64,000 bases of DNA from Trypanosoma brucei (GCA_000002445.1 CP000070.1:1344001-1408000), one strand, 5' to 3'; positions 21,358-32,248 are shown, counted from the first letter of the stretch. Notes: generated from the sequence alone by a model not told the origin. Program-made: numbers and translations.

Positions 21358-24300
21358 ATGGAGCGACTATCTATTATCCACACATTCGAGAGTGACTCTA
21401 CTTTCCTAGCAGAAGTGCCCTCTGTGACACCTCGCAGTTCTGCTGGACTGACAATGTGTAAGAGCGCAACAGTTACTGAAACGCGTGGGGGACGGTTCAC
21501 AGGCGACCACGAGGGGCCAGCGAGCATAGATTCTACCCTTGACCTTATTCCCGCTTGCTCGGGCACCAGTGAAGGGGATAGGGAACTGAGTGTTGTGCGC
21601 ATTGTTCCCGTCAGCGGCTCCGTGGCATTTCACTCACGTTTTCTTGTCCAATTTGAGGCATACTGTCGCCTCAGTCGTCGGCTGCGGCGTGCCATAGAGT
21701 GGCTGTTGTTAAGTCATCAGACAGAGCAGAAACGCGTTGGTAGTAGCGCTTCTTCTCTTGACAGTTCCATGTTCGACGTCGATTGTCTCACGCGTGCAAC
21801 ACATCCAGTGGACCCAACGGCTTTTCTTGCGTCTGCTTTTGCGCTTCCCCACGTAGTTTCCGTGTCGCCAACACCATTGGACGAGGAAGATATGTTGGGC
21901 CCCCACGGTGAGTTGTGTTCTGCAGAGAGGACAAGAGTCGTGCCATACTGTTTTTTCTACTCATCTCCTGAGCAGCGCCTGTTTCGTGGGGGTTCTGTTC
22001 CATCTTCGCCCTCAGAGCGATCTGGAATGACGGTGCTCGAACGTTTTGCTGCCGTTGCCAAGGCTACTGGCATATGTGGAATTGTACCACCTCCTCACAA
22101 TGCTCTCAGCATTAAAAATCGCACAAAAGTTGGATTAACTCTTTTGGCGTACATGGAGGGCTGTTTACCGAGTTGTATCTTCACCGACGGCAATGGGGGC
22201 CCCAAGTACGGTTCGGGTGTGGCGGCGGATTTCTTTTCACAGTGGAGCGACGACATCTTGTGGCGGTTACTCTGCTCGCTGGTTTCTGCTCTGGCAGTCG
22301 TGCATGCAGGGGGGTTTCACTATTGCGGTGAGTTGACACCTGCTGACATACTCTGTTTCGCGATTCCAGGGGAGAATGATCCTGGTGTGGCTGCAGCTGA
22401 GGCGTTGATGTCTGGGGAGCAGGAGGGAAGTTCCGAAATTCCTGTGGGCCAGCGGTTTCACATGTGGGCAGCTGCCAGCGAACGGCACTGGGCCATAACA
22501 GGCGCAACTCCAGCCCATCGTGCCTTCTTTATGCTTACTACGCCGCCGCGATCGCTTTTTGCTCATTTCCCTGATGACCCACATACAGTGGCTGAGTCCC
22601 AGAGGCGTGACATTGTAGCTGCCGGCAGTGTTGTTTTGAAGGTTGTTGAAGAGATGAAGCGACGACGTGGACAGTCGGAGGCGGGAGGCTGTGTTGAGTT
22701 GCTTTTTGTTGCCCAGCGCATGGTTTCTGTGGAAGAGGGTGGTGCTAACACTTCCAGGACTGACGCAACGGCGTTAGCTCACCGCTTTGCTCAGCTACAG
22801 GTGGTCAGGCTCCGAACACATCTTTGCCTGCTACGCACCGTTGTGGAGGAACGAAATGCGCAGCTCGTAGCTGCCATTCTCTATGGTCGGAGCTTAGATG
22901 GAACCGCTGACAGCCGGAGAAATAACAGGCGGCTCAAAGATAAAAGTGATGAATACAGCTCTTCGGGGAGGGAAAAAGCAACCGCTAAGCCAAGTCGTGG
23001 TCACGAATCTTCTCACGTACGCGATTCTTCCGAAGCTCCACTATTGGTTGGAGACGTGAAGTTGCCGACGCTCGCCGAGCGTGAGCGGGCCCTTGCTGAG
23101 CGAGAGGAAAAGCTTCGTCAGTTTTTAGTTCTGTACGAGCTAACGGCCGAGCGGCTAGACGAACTCCCCGTGGGATCTGAGGGTTTTGAATTCCTTCGGC
23201 AAATGCTGATGCAGGCACCGTCCAGTAAGTCAGAGAAAACGAGGCCCAAATCATGCAGTGGTACGCGACCGACTTCTAAAGAGGGCTCAAAAGAGAGGAC
23301 GCTAACATCCTCATCAACGAGGTCCATATGTGGAACTCCAAGACCTTTAAGGGATGCAGTGAGAAGGGCTACTCCTTTGGGTGAAAGAAGGCAGCAAATC
23401 TTTTCGAGTTTCACTTCCTCCAAGGCGAAGGATGGTGTGCTTTCTGGTATAACTGGTAATGGAAGCGCGGGCACGGCGACGTCGAGCTTAATTGTATCTG
23501 GGTTGGGGGGTTTAAGTAAGGAGAAGCGACCGTTGCGCACCATTTGCAGACAGTCAGTTACCCGTACGCATTCATCTTCCTCACATCGTTGCGGAAGCGC
23601 GAGGCCAAATGTGTCGTCAGTGGTGCATCGGGTTGGTGTGAAGACTCCAACGTCTTCGAGGAATAAAACGGATAGTCCAAAGAGGGCAAATTCCATCGAA
23701 CGTACAGATGAATCGCAGCTGAAGGGCTGTTTTCTCGATATACCCTTCGCTAGGACCGCCAATCGCATAGAAGCATCAGAGAAACTTAAAAATACCCCGA
23801 GGACGGCGTCATCACCGTTGACCAAGGGACTTGGAAGGCCACTGGCAAGCAGATCACCAACAAGAGTGGGTGCCACCGCAGTGACGCTGCATCGAGAGTC
23901 AGCGGATAGGGAACTGTTGCGGTCTACTCAAGCCGTACGGCCGGAGCGTCAGTCAGGTGACAGTGACACATCGCTTCCCAATATGGCGGCCAATTCGTTG
24001 CTTCGACTCTCCGCAAGGGCTCGGACACCCCAGCAGGTGCGCAACGCCGCAACAAAACCAAGCGTTACCAACACTTCCTCAACTTCTGCTGCACAGGGAC
24101 TGGTCCCTGGTTTGGCGCTCCCAAGTAATTCCACATCGGTACACCCCAACGGAAAGTTACTCCACACAGCAACCGAGGGGGTGTCAGCAAACCATGAAGC
24201 TGCCGCACAACCAAAGCAAGAGGCTGTTTCGTGTGCAAAAACCCAGGTCAAGACCCTGACAAGTGAGGAAACTGTCAAGCAAAGAAAGCAATCTGAGAGG

Positions 24301-24912
24301 GTGGACCCACCCCCCACTAATGCAGATGGCTCTTCACCAGGTTTCTCGCCGGTGAACAACTGTGGGGGAATAATGACGGTTATAGATATGAACGATGACA
24401 ACCAGGTGGTTATGGGGGGAGGGGGTAGTTCTTTGAATTCCGTGGGACGCTGCAACGTTGGTAGTCCTTCTAACACGGCAGAATCGTCGGGGGGCCGCGC
24501 ATGTGGAGCCGGGGAATTCAGTGCAGCCATCACCGATAGGAGTTTAAGCACTGCTGCATCTGAAGGTGCCCGAGCCCACAACGAAAAAAGGACCATGTTT
24601 GGCCCACAACAGCAGCTCTCGGTGCGTCCTGGCTACCGTTCGGATCGCGAAGGCCCTGGCACTCCTCGGTCCCTTCGCCCTCGAGTGTGTGACGGGTGGG
24701 TCGATAATCACCTTGCTGCACTTGAGCGGATGAGAACCGATTTTCACCAATCAGAAGCTACCAAAAGCATACGAAATACTCCTAATGGCAAGTTGCTGAC
24801 AGCAGGGCTAGCTGCGACGCATCTCGCCGACCAATCAGATTCTGCTTTGTGCGCGAATGCGAGCTCGGGAAATAGTGCTGATAGATCCACTCTAGTAAAC
24901 AGCGAAAATTGA
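21358..24912 (+). CDS. Large hypothetical protein (1184 aa) with a possible degenerate kinase-like (pseudokinase) N-terminal region and a long Ser/Thr/Arg-rich disordered C-terminal half
   Basis: ATG ORF. ILWRLLCSLVSALAVVHAGGFHYCGELTPADILCF resembles a kinase catalytic-loop region (H-x-D-L-K-P-x-N-IL) lacking the catalytic Asp/Asn. The C-terminal 600 aa are low-complexity, S/T/R/P-rich. Confidence 0.5.
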   Translation: MERLSIIHTFESDSTFLAEVPSVTPRSSAGLTMCKSATVTETRGGRFTGDHEGPASIDSTLDLIPACSGTSEGDRELSVVRIVPVSGSVAFHSRFLVQFEAYCRLSRRLRRAIEWLLLSHQTEQKRVGSSASSLDSSMFDVDCLTRATHPVDPTAFLASAFALPHVVSVSPTPLDEEDMLGPHGELCSAERTRVVPYCFFYSSPEQRLFRGGSVPSSPSERSGMTVLERFAAVAKATGICGIVPPPHNALSIKNRTKVGLTLLAYMEGCLPSCIFTDGNGGPKYGSGVAADFFSQWSDDILWRLLCSLVSALAVVHAGGFHYCGELTPADILCFAIPGENDPGVAAAEALMSGEQEGSSEIPVGQRFHMWAAASERHWAITGATPAHRAFFMLTTPPRSLFAHFPDDPHTVAESQRRDIVAAGSVVLKVVEEMKRRRGQSEAGGCVELLFVAQRMVSVEEGGANTSRTDATALAHRFAQLQVVRLRTHLCLLRTVVEERNAQLVAAILYGRSLDGTADSRRNNRRLKDKSDEYSSSGREKATAKPSRGHESSHVRDSSEAPLLVGDVKLPTLAERERALAEREEKLRQFLVLYELTAERLDELPVGSEGFEFLRQMLMQAPSSKSEKTRPKSCSGTRPTSKEGSKERTLTSSSTRSICGTPRPLRDAVRRATPLGERRQQIFSSFTSSKAKDGVLSGITGNGSAGTATSSLIVSGLGGLSKEKRPLRTICRQSVTRTHSSSSHRCGSARPNVSSVVHRVGVKTPTSSRNKTDSPKRANSIERTDESQLKGCFLDIPFARTANRIEASEKLKNTPRTASSPLTKGLGRPLASRSPTRVGATAVTLHRESADRELLRSTQAVRPERQSGDSDTSLPNMAANSLLRLSARARTPQQVRNAATKPSVTNTSSTSAAQGLVPGLALPSNSTSVHPNGKLLHTATEGVSANHEAAAQPKQEAVSCAKTQVKTLTSEETVKQRKQSERVDPPPTNADGSSPGFSPVNNCGGIMTVIDMNDDNQVVMGGGGSSLNSVGRCNVGSPSNTAESSGGRACGAGEFSAAITDRSLSTAASEGARAHNEKRTMFGPQQQLSVRPGYRSDREGPGTPRSLRPRVCDGWVDNHLAALERMRTDFHQSEATKSIRNTPNGKLLTAGLAATHLADQSDSALCANASSGNSADRSTLVNSEN

Positions 24913-25680
24913 TCGTTGGTCGTCCTCCTTAGTACCCAGCATGGGAGGGCTTGGACACACCAAAGTGACTTCAGAGGAATGAACCGTCTCAAGAGGTTCG
25001 GAGTGACCTAGCAACATGTGGAGGTTCCAGTTTAATAAGGAGGTGTCTTCGTGGAAGTATTCATGAGGGGATTTTGAAAAAGTGTTGGGGGTCTGGTGCG
25101 CCCTTCTGTGACAAAGAACGTGAGGAAAACAGCGTAGTGAGAATGGAGCTGTGGGTGTGCGTGGGGTAAACTGATTTGAGCTGACGGTACAGCGCTGGTG
25201 ATAAATACTGCTTACGTGTACGCCCATGTTTTCATCACTTCGAAGTGTAGTCTGGTCATCGGTCTCTGGATATATAGAATGAAACTAAGGTAAACGAATG
25301 AAATGTTTGTTGATATCCGAACGGTATCTCCACATTTCCATTTTCTACGTTTACCGCAGGCTTAATTTAAAGGGGAAAGCGGAGTTTTTTTTTTTAAATT
25401 CCAGTTTTTATTTTGCCTTAACTGTCCATTTCATTGTTGTTGTTTTTGTGCCATTGAGTGATTACATTTGTCTTGTTTCGTTTGCTTGCTCCAACCCTCT
25501 TTCTTTTATAGTAACTGGGCTGACCAATGAGCGGACTGAATATGCTTCTTCCTTCGTAAACACTTATTCTTTGTCGCTTATTTTAACATGCGCTTCCCCA
25601 CTTTCTCCATCTTGTACGATGACCTAAAGGGGAAGGTGGCAACGTTCACCTACTGCTACTTCCTTTTGCAATAATACGGA

Positions 25681-27855
25681 ATGGAAGATGACATTATACA
25701 AGGTCGCTGTTCCGCTATCATCCAACAAATCGTGTGCGCTGGCGCACCACAGCAAGCACCCAACCAAAAGCGCCTCCTTACTGCGGCGGCAGAGGCGTTA
25801 CGACATCAAGCCATGTTAATGTATCGTCTTTGTCGAGCGAGGAAAGAAAAACTATCGGATGATCAGACAGAGGATGCGGCTTATTGTGTACTAGCCTCTG
25901 TGGCCTCACTCCAGCCTGCGCTCTGGGCGAAACTCACCGATTGGGCCCATTTATTGCGACCAAAACAGCCTGTATTACGTTTTCTTTCCCCTATTCCAAT
26001 GATTGTGAAGTTGAAGGAGGTCCTTCACTTCATTGCTCGCACCGCCCATTTACAGGTTGGTTCATCGACAACAGCACTGAATTTGGCACTATCAAAGTCG
26101 CCAGTAGAACGGCCAGCCGCGGCTTCGGTTCCTGAAGGTGCTGCGGTGGTCACTGGGCAGAGGTCCGAGCCAACAAGGGACTCCACAACAAATCATGGTT
26201 CGTACCGTAAGCGTGGACGAGAAGAGAAAAGCAAAACGCATGAAACCACATTGGGGCCCCAACTTGCCCTACAAGTAGCCTTTGCGTATTTCCGTCTCAC
26301 CGTACCTAATGCAAAGAAGCTTCAAGCTGTTATTGTCACGCGCGAATCTGAAGACGATGGCACGAAATTAGTTGCTCAATTGGAAGACACTCTGATGATG
26401 AGGGGTTGCCCCATTTCGCATCACTTATCGTCCGGAAATGGAACAACAAGTACCAGTAGCGGCGTGCACGCCCACCCAAATTTACTTAAGCTAGGGGATG
26501 ATGCGGATGACGAGGAGAACTTTGATGCTCCCTCTACGCTGTTACCTCTTGCATATCCTGCATCGTTGGGGTCATTGGTTTCCCCAAGAAATACAAATGG
26601 TATAGAAACCACTCCTATTTTCGCCTCACCGATCAGTCTACCAGCGTTGGCTGACGCCATAGATACGACCCGCTCAGCGCTATACTATAGTCGACTGCAG
26701 CGGTGTTTGCGGAACCCACTCCTGTTTTCACCATTGGAATGCGCTAGTGTTGAGGGGGGTATTCTACCAACCGGCGCAGCTACATCATTAGACTCCCGGT
26801 TTTTCCCCGTATCGTTTAGCGGTTCGCTGGATGGAAATTCCACGATGTTATTTTCATCACCCGCACACTTTCTTCATCCCGCCCGCGCTTGCCCGCAATC
26901 GCTTTTGCCTCTCCCCCCTCAGATGGTAACTGCGGAGTACCTGTGGAAACGGTTGCTTGTGGCTGGTCTGTGGCTCCTTTCTGCGAGCGGCGACCCCGCA
27001 TCAGCGATTGATAGTCGCGTGCTGCACTACTGTTGTCGTGTTGTCAAGGCAGCCTCGAGGGGCGATGTGGTGTGCCTGGTGTGTGACGATCTCGTGCGGG
27101 AAAGACCTACACTCTACATTTCTGCGCTGGCACGCCCAACTGGGGGAACCGTTGGGGGAGTGCAGGGGGAGAAGGATCATAGGTCCTGGGAGGAAATGAA
27201 ATGCATGCCAGTAGAAAAGACCCCACCGGGCGAGGCAGCACATGGTGGTGGTCCCTTAGCATGCGAAGTGCTTCGGGCCCTATCGAAAGAGTTGCATGAA
27301 AAATCCTATGAGCTCGTTGCGAGAGGTACGGTTGGACAATGTAATACTTCGGGCACCTTGGGACTTGCAGCGGGGGCGCAGAATTCAGGGGGTGGTGCTG
27401 AGACCTGTATCGGGAGAACCAATCCCACTTTGCCAACCTTGCGCGAACTCGTGGACGAGGTGAGGAGCACCTACCCTGTTGAAGCTTGTCGTGCCGCGCT
27501 CATTGGTGGTATGGACGGTGAGGCGGCAATGCGCTGCTTGTTGCTTCGGTGTGGTGATGTTAACGAAGACGACGCGTTGTCGTATCCCTGCTGTCCACAC
27601 AATACACAGGAGACTGTTGGCGCGTATGGGTGTGCAACTGCTTCGCTGAACGTCGACGGATTACTGTCCGTCGTGCCTTACGTTCCACGGCTTCGTGAGA
27701 CTGATGGGGTTCTCGAATGCGCCGGCTGTTTTCTTCTGTTCCACCAGTCGTGTGTGTGCCCCACGCAGCGTGACATTGCGGGAGGGTGCTTTCTCTGTCA
27801 CAACTGCCGTTTGAGGCGTACCGGCCAGCTCAGGTTAGACCAGCCGGTTGCATAG
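25681..27855 (+). CDS. Hypothetical protein (724 aa) with a C-terminal PHD-like zinc finger
   Basis: The C-terminal ...CAGCFLLFHQSCVCPTQRDIAGGCFLCHNC fits C-x2-C-x4-H-x2-C-x12-C-x2-C-H-x-C (the PHD core), preceded by Cys/His residues (CCPHN...C). The rest is unrecognised. Confidence 0.55.
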   Translation: MEDDIIQGRCSAIIQQIVCAGAPQQAPNQKRLLTAAAEALRHQAMLMYRLCRARKEKLSDDQTEDAAYCVLASVASLQPALWAKLTDWAHLLRPKQPVLRFLSPIPMIVKLKEVLHFIARTAHLQVGSSTTALNLALSKSPVERPAAASVPEGAAVVTGQRSEPTRDSTTNHGSYRKRGREEKSKTHETTLGPQLALQVAFAYFRLTVPNAKKLQAVIVTRESEDDGTKLVAQLEDTLMMRGCPISHHLSSGNGTTSTSSGVHAHPNLLKLGDDADDEENFDAPSTLLPLAYPASLGSLVSPRNTNGIETTPIFASPISLPALADAIDTTRSALYYSRLQRCLRNPLLFSPLECASVEGGILPTGAATSLDSRFFPVSFSGSLDGNSTMLFSSPAHFLHPARACPQSLLPLPPQMVTAEYLWKRLLVAGLWLLSASGDPASAIDSRVLHYCCRVVKAASRGDVVCLVCDDLVRERPTLYISALARPTGGTVGGVQGEKDHRSWEEMKCMPVEKTPPGEAAHGGGPLACEVLRALSKELHEKSYELVARGTVGQCNTSGTLGLAAGAQNSGGGAETCIGRTNPTLPTLRELVDEVRSTYPVEACRAALIGGMDGEAAMRCLLLRCGDVNEDDALSYPCCPHNTQETVGAYGCATASLNVDGLLSVVPYVPRLRETDGVLECAGCFLLFHQSCVCPTQRDIAGGCFLCHNCRLRRTGQLRLDQPVA

Positions 27856-28418
27856 TGCTTTTTTGGTATGTGTATATGTGTGTGCTTCTCATAGATATGA
27901 TTTGAGCGCGCGGAGTTAAGTAGTCATTATTATTGCTATTCCCACTACCTAGTGTGAAGCCACGGGGTTCTATTTTCCATACCTCCCGCCTCTTTTATGT
28001 CGGATGTTGCTATTGCCACCCGATAATATTCCTTTTTTGTTTTCCTTTGTTATTTTCTTCCTTGTCCGAACAACTGGCCGTTCCGCGCGTTTCTGGTTGT
28101 TATTCGCGTCGGTGAAACGTGATGGTCGCTTGGGGAGTGAAGCCAGCCATAACCGAAGGAGGGAATACCGTACGGAGTCGGCAGTGAAGAAGTGCCTGAG
28201 CTGCATCCACTGCCTCAAAGAAAGTGCGAAGCTTAAACTGAAAGAAAGTACGTTGGGGTGAGAAGTAAGCGACAAAAAGTTTTCCAGCAGCTAAAAAAAG
28301 TCGGCAGAACGAAAAGGAGTAAGGAGGTATTGGAAAATACAAAGAGAGCGTGAAGCCGAGGGCGAAGAAAAAACAACTAAAGAAGTCAGAACTACTAGGG
28401 GAAGGAGTGAAATCGGTA

Positions 28419-31115
28419 ATGAGCCTGGTACAGAACCAAGTTTCAGGCAACCCATATGGGAGACAGTCCTTTCTCGTAGTGTTCGACTTTGATCACACTG
28501 TTGTGGACTGCAACAGCGACGATGCGGTACCACAGTGTTTAGGTCGTGAAAAGTTCAGGGAGGAGCTTCTTCGGAGTGAAGAGGGGAAAATACAGTGGAC
28601 TAATGTGTGTGATGCCGTCGTGGCTCCCTTTACAAAGCAGCAACTCGAGGACGCCGTGATAGAGGGCATCGAAATGGACAAGGACATGCCCGATGTGTTC
28701 CGCTTTCTTGCGCAAGGACACGCAAGGGTGGTGGGTGGCGAGGGTGGTGGAAACTCCTTCCCCGATGTGGAAATTGCATTTGCGAGTGACGCGAATCATC
28801 TCTTCATTGAAGCCACCATTGACCACCATCTTTCTTTCGCACGGGAGTCCATCTCTCAGATACACAGTAACCCCTTTCATGAAGTAAATAACGGGGATGG
28901 TGAAGGCGATCGTAAGTGTCGTGTTACGTGGTATGAGCCCACGGGGCACGATTGTCGAAGCTGCGCTGACCGCGATCACCCAAACATGTGCAAAAGCCTC
29001 ATCATTGCTCGCTTACTTCACAGCACTCGACTTATTGACCCAACCGTCATTTTTGTTGGTGATGGTGAAAACGATTACTGTCCCGTGTTGAACGCACTTC
29101 GGCCAAGAGACTGCATACTGGCACGTCGTAATTTCTCCATCCACAAAGCCCTTGCAGACCCCAGCTACACCAGTGGGTGTTGCAGGGTTGGGCTGTGGGA
29201 GAATGCAAAGGAAATGCTGTCATGCTTGAAACAACTAATGTCTCCGGGGCTGCGGCTTCCAACACTCGTGCGATTCAAAGACGTAGGTCCCCACGAGTTT
29301 CGTGCGGTTACGTTATCAACTCGCATGCCGCAGGTGCTCAGTCGCACGCTTGCGGACAATGCGGCAGAGGTTAGTCCCGAAGGCCGGCGTCTGATGGACG
29401 TGCTGATCGAGGATACTAAGCAAAACGGGCCGGTGCCGTCGCTCCCTGGTCAGAGCGTGGTTTCCCCTTGGTTGCAGGCATACGCCTCGACGGTAGAGTT
29501 TGACCATGCGGCCCATCAGATTGGGGAGCACAGCAAAGCACCTGCCGTCCCCAGGTGGGGACAACTTCCTTGGTTGCAGGGAGAGATATATTTTTACAAC
29601 GTGTTTGCGCAGTATATGTTGCTGGGGAAGGCTAACCCCCCTAGCGTATCAGAGGACAAGAGTACCCTGATGCCAAACCTTGTGACACCTTATGCCACTT
29701 GCACTCCTTTAAAAGCCCAGGGGTCCGGTGCTTCCTCTGTCGCGGAGATACAAGCGAGCGGTTCCACCCCACTTCAGTTCTTTAACCCTGCCAGGCTTGC
29801 CTGGAACAGTAAACAGAACGGGGAGTTACTCAGTGTTGGAGACAGCGTGGTCCTACGCGACAAGTCGAAGAGTTATTACGAAATCATGGGTGGTGATTCA
29901 CTCGTCAAACGGCATGACCACTTCCAATCGTATCGTGATTTCTTTCTGCGAGAGAAGCGCGAGGTAATCCACAAATTCCTGCGTCCGAAAATATGTCCGA
30001 TGCTCGCTTGCATTCCATGGGAGACGAATGAGGAATTTATCACTGTACTCTTGCGCTGGATGCTATGGGGCAATGCCATTGACCTCTCTATGTTTACGTT
30101 GGAGGGGCTACAGGTGACATCACATATTGGCGAAGCGAAGGGTTCGGAGAAGTGGAGCAAAGTTGAAGAGTTGCGTGCAGCGGAGTCAACGGCAGCAAGG
30201 GGGCAGGATGAACGTATTGTGGGAAACCAACTCGAAGAGATTGCTAAGGTTGTGCGCCGAATCGTTCGAGACGAGCCCACAACAAGCGGTGGTACGACCA
30301 GAAGTCGCACCGTTAATATTGTGATGGACAACGTCGGAGTTGAATGTGTGGCTGACCTCATCTTTACTTTATGGCTTCTCAATCATCACCCATCTCTGCG
30401 TGTCGTGCTCCACGTAAAGAGCATTCCGTACTATGTGTCAGATGTAACACCACCAGATTTTGATTTTCTCCTGAACGAGTTGGAAGAGTGCTCAAAACAA
30501 GATGTTGATCTCACGAGAATTCTCATACCTTTTGTGAAGGCGCTTCGTGAGGGTTTCAGCAGCGGCAGAATTTGTATTGATGCCGATCCGTTTTGGACTC
30601 AACCTTGTGAGTACCGCGAAATGCCACCCCACGTGTGCAACTCATTTTTCTTTAGCCAGCGTGTATCGGCAAGCGAGGAGACTCAAGGAGAGTACCCATC
30701 ATCAAGTCGTGAACTGTTTCCTCGCAGGTTGTACGTGGGACATTCTGCTCTCGTCATATTTAAGGGTGATTTGAATTTCCGACGCCTTATTGGCGACCGA
30801 CACTGGGACAACCGATCATTCATGTCGACAATAAAGCCATGCGAGCGCACTTCTCCATCTGTTGCCTCAACTCTGCTTGCTGACACTCCGTGTAGTGGGG
30901 ACGAGAGCACGGCGGTGGCGCCGAGCTTTGAGAACATTGTGTCTGCCTTTTGGCCTGTGCTAACCGTTCCAGTGTGCGCGATACGCACCATAAAGAGTGA
31001 GCTCTGCGTGGGAGTACCGTTCCAGAAACAGGACAAACTTGACTCCAGTGACCCGAAGTGGAGAACGTCCGGCAGTTTTGGGGTTGTTTTAATTGCCACC
31101 GGAGAGAGTCACTGA
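28419..31115 (+). CDS. Bifunctional-looking phosphatase: N-terminal PHOSPHO1/PHOSPHO2-type HAD phosphatase domain fused to a C-terminal DUF89 (ARMT1/damage-control phosphatase-like) domain
   Basis: First ATG at 28419 (the ORF track start at 28350 is GTG). HAD motif I is near the N-terminus (FLVVFDFDHTVVDCNSDD). The Cys cluster HDCRSCADRDHPNMCK and motif IFVGDGENDYCPVLNALRPRDCILARR closely parallel human PHOSPHO2 (HSCNRCPKNLCK; IGDGGNDVCPV), recalled from memory. The C-terminal half carries DUF89 hallmarks: R(M/L)PQVL...; PWLQGEIYFYNVF (cf. PWL..ECY.YRR); and the metal-site motif VMDNVGVECVADLIFTLWLL (DNxGxE). Confidence 0.7.
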   Translation: MSLVQNQVSGNPYGRQSFLVVFDFDHTVVDCNSDDAVPQCLGREKFREELLRSEEGKIQWTNVCDAVVAPFTKQQLEDAVIEGIEMDKDMPDVFRFLAQGHARVVGGEGGGNSFPDVEIAFASDANHLFIEATIDHHLSFARESISQIHSNPFHEVNNGDGEGDRKCRVTWYEPTGHDCRSCADRDHPNMCKSLIIARLLHSTRLIDPTVIFVGDGENDYCPVLNALRPRDCILARRNFSIHKALADPSYTSGCCRVGLWENAKEMLSCLKQLMSPGLRLPTLVRFKDVGPHEFRAVTLSTRMPQVLSRTLADNAAEVSPEGRRLMDVLIEDTKQNGPVPSLPGQSVVSPWLQAYASTVEFDHAAHQIGEHSKAPAVPRWGQLPWLQGEIYFYNVFAQYMLLGKANPPSVSEDKSTLMPNLVTPYATCTPLKAQGSGASSVAEIQASGSTPLQFFNPARLAWNSKQNGELLSVGDSVVLRDKSKSYYEIMGGDSLVKRHDHFQSYRDFFLREKREVIHKFLRPKICPMLACIPWETNEEFITVLLRWMLWGNAIDLSMFTLEGLQVTSHIGEAKGSEKWSKVEELRAAESTAARGQDERIVGNQLEEIAKVVRRIVRDEPTTSGGTTRSRTVNIVMDNVGVECVADLIFTLWLLNHHPSLRVVLHVKSIPYYVSDVTPPDFDFLLNELEECSKQDVDLTRILIPFVKALREGFSSGRICIDADPFWTQPCEYREMPPHVCNSFFFSQRVSASEETQGEYPSSSRELFPRRLYVGHSALVIFKGDLNFRRLIGDRHWDNRSFMSTIKPCERTSPSVASTLLADTPCSGDESTAVAPSFENIVSAFWPVLTVPVCAIRTIKSELCVGVPFQKQDKLDSSDPKWRTSGSFGVVLIATGESH

Positions 31116-31821
31116 TACGTAATGCAATCAGATGCCAATTGGTATGCATGAATAATACTGGGTAAACCAGGTGAGGGAAGGGTGGTTAAAAGGGTAGGGA
31201 GGATTGGCAATATATGGGGCAAACAATATCTGTTTCTGGGTTCTTTAATTGTTGCGTGCATCCATATAAGTTTGTGTAGCAAGAAGCAGGATTTCCCCCA
31301 TTAATTCAGTCCAATTAATCATGATGGACCTTGTGGTCTTAAGGAGTTATGTATACTCCATTAACTGCTAGCGGCGTTGGGTTGGTCGTCTCTCCCTTTA
31401 TTTCTCCTTGTTAGTTCCTGTGATGGTGCGCGTAGCGGGCGGATGGTACATTCCCGCCTTTCATTTTTTTTTTTGGGGGCACCTTCTTTCACCTTCTTCG
31501 TGAACCTCCCTAATTGTTTATATATGATTGAAAGAGATTTGACGGAAATGAAGCGGACAGGATTTTGGAGTGAAGAGATTTTTATAGTTTTTCTTCACAA
31601 CCCTACTTCCTCGTCGTTGGGTGCCCCCTTTTTTTTTAAAAAAAAACAGAGAACTACACATGCGCTAACGTGGAAAGGAAACGTATGCGGACGTGGTATA
31701 CCAGATTCAAGTCGACATAACTTAACATGTTTTAAAAAACATTATGGGATATCAAGGGAAATAATAGTTGCTTCGCTGATGCATCACTTTCTGTATTTGA
31801 ACAATCACAAAATTTACTGCC

Positions 31822-31915
31822 TGTTTCGTCGTTTTCCTGCGCTCCTTCCTCCAAGATTCCGTTACCTTTTTTCTTTCTTCTTTTTTCTTTTCCTTTCTTA
31901 TCTCTTTTACGCACC
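31822..31915 (+). promoter_or_regulatory. Long (~90 nt) pyrimidine-rich tract in the intergenic region upstream of the kinase gene
   Basis: ttttcctgcgctccttcctccaagattccgttaccttttttctttcttcttttttcttttcctttcttatctcttttacgcacc. Typical kinetoplastid polyY tract between polycistron members. Confidence 0.4.
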
Positions 31916-32248
31916 TATGAGGCGTTAAAGTACCAATATGAGGATACCACTGTCGCCCATTTTTTTTTCACATTAGTGTATTTGGTGTTCAGTGGCTCCT
32001 GCATACGTATCAGGTGCCAAAGGTTTGTATCGTGTGCTATTTCTCACATGTTGTTGTTATTGATACGTGTGAATCTTTATTTGATTTCCCATTTACCCTT
32101 TGATACCCTGCTGTCATTCTTTTTGTTTTTTTCTGTTTTGTCTTTTGTTTGGAAGGTTTAGCAGCCACATCGGGGGTCACAGACGCCGACAGAGGGAGCT
32201 AAGAGGCAATCCCTCGTGGACTCCTCAACGGTGTGCTGAGTGTGTAGT

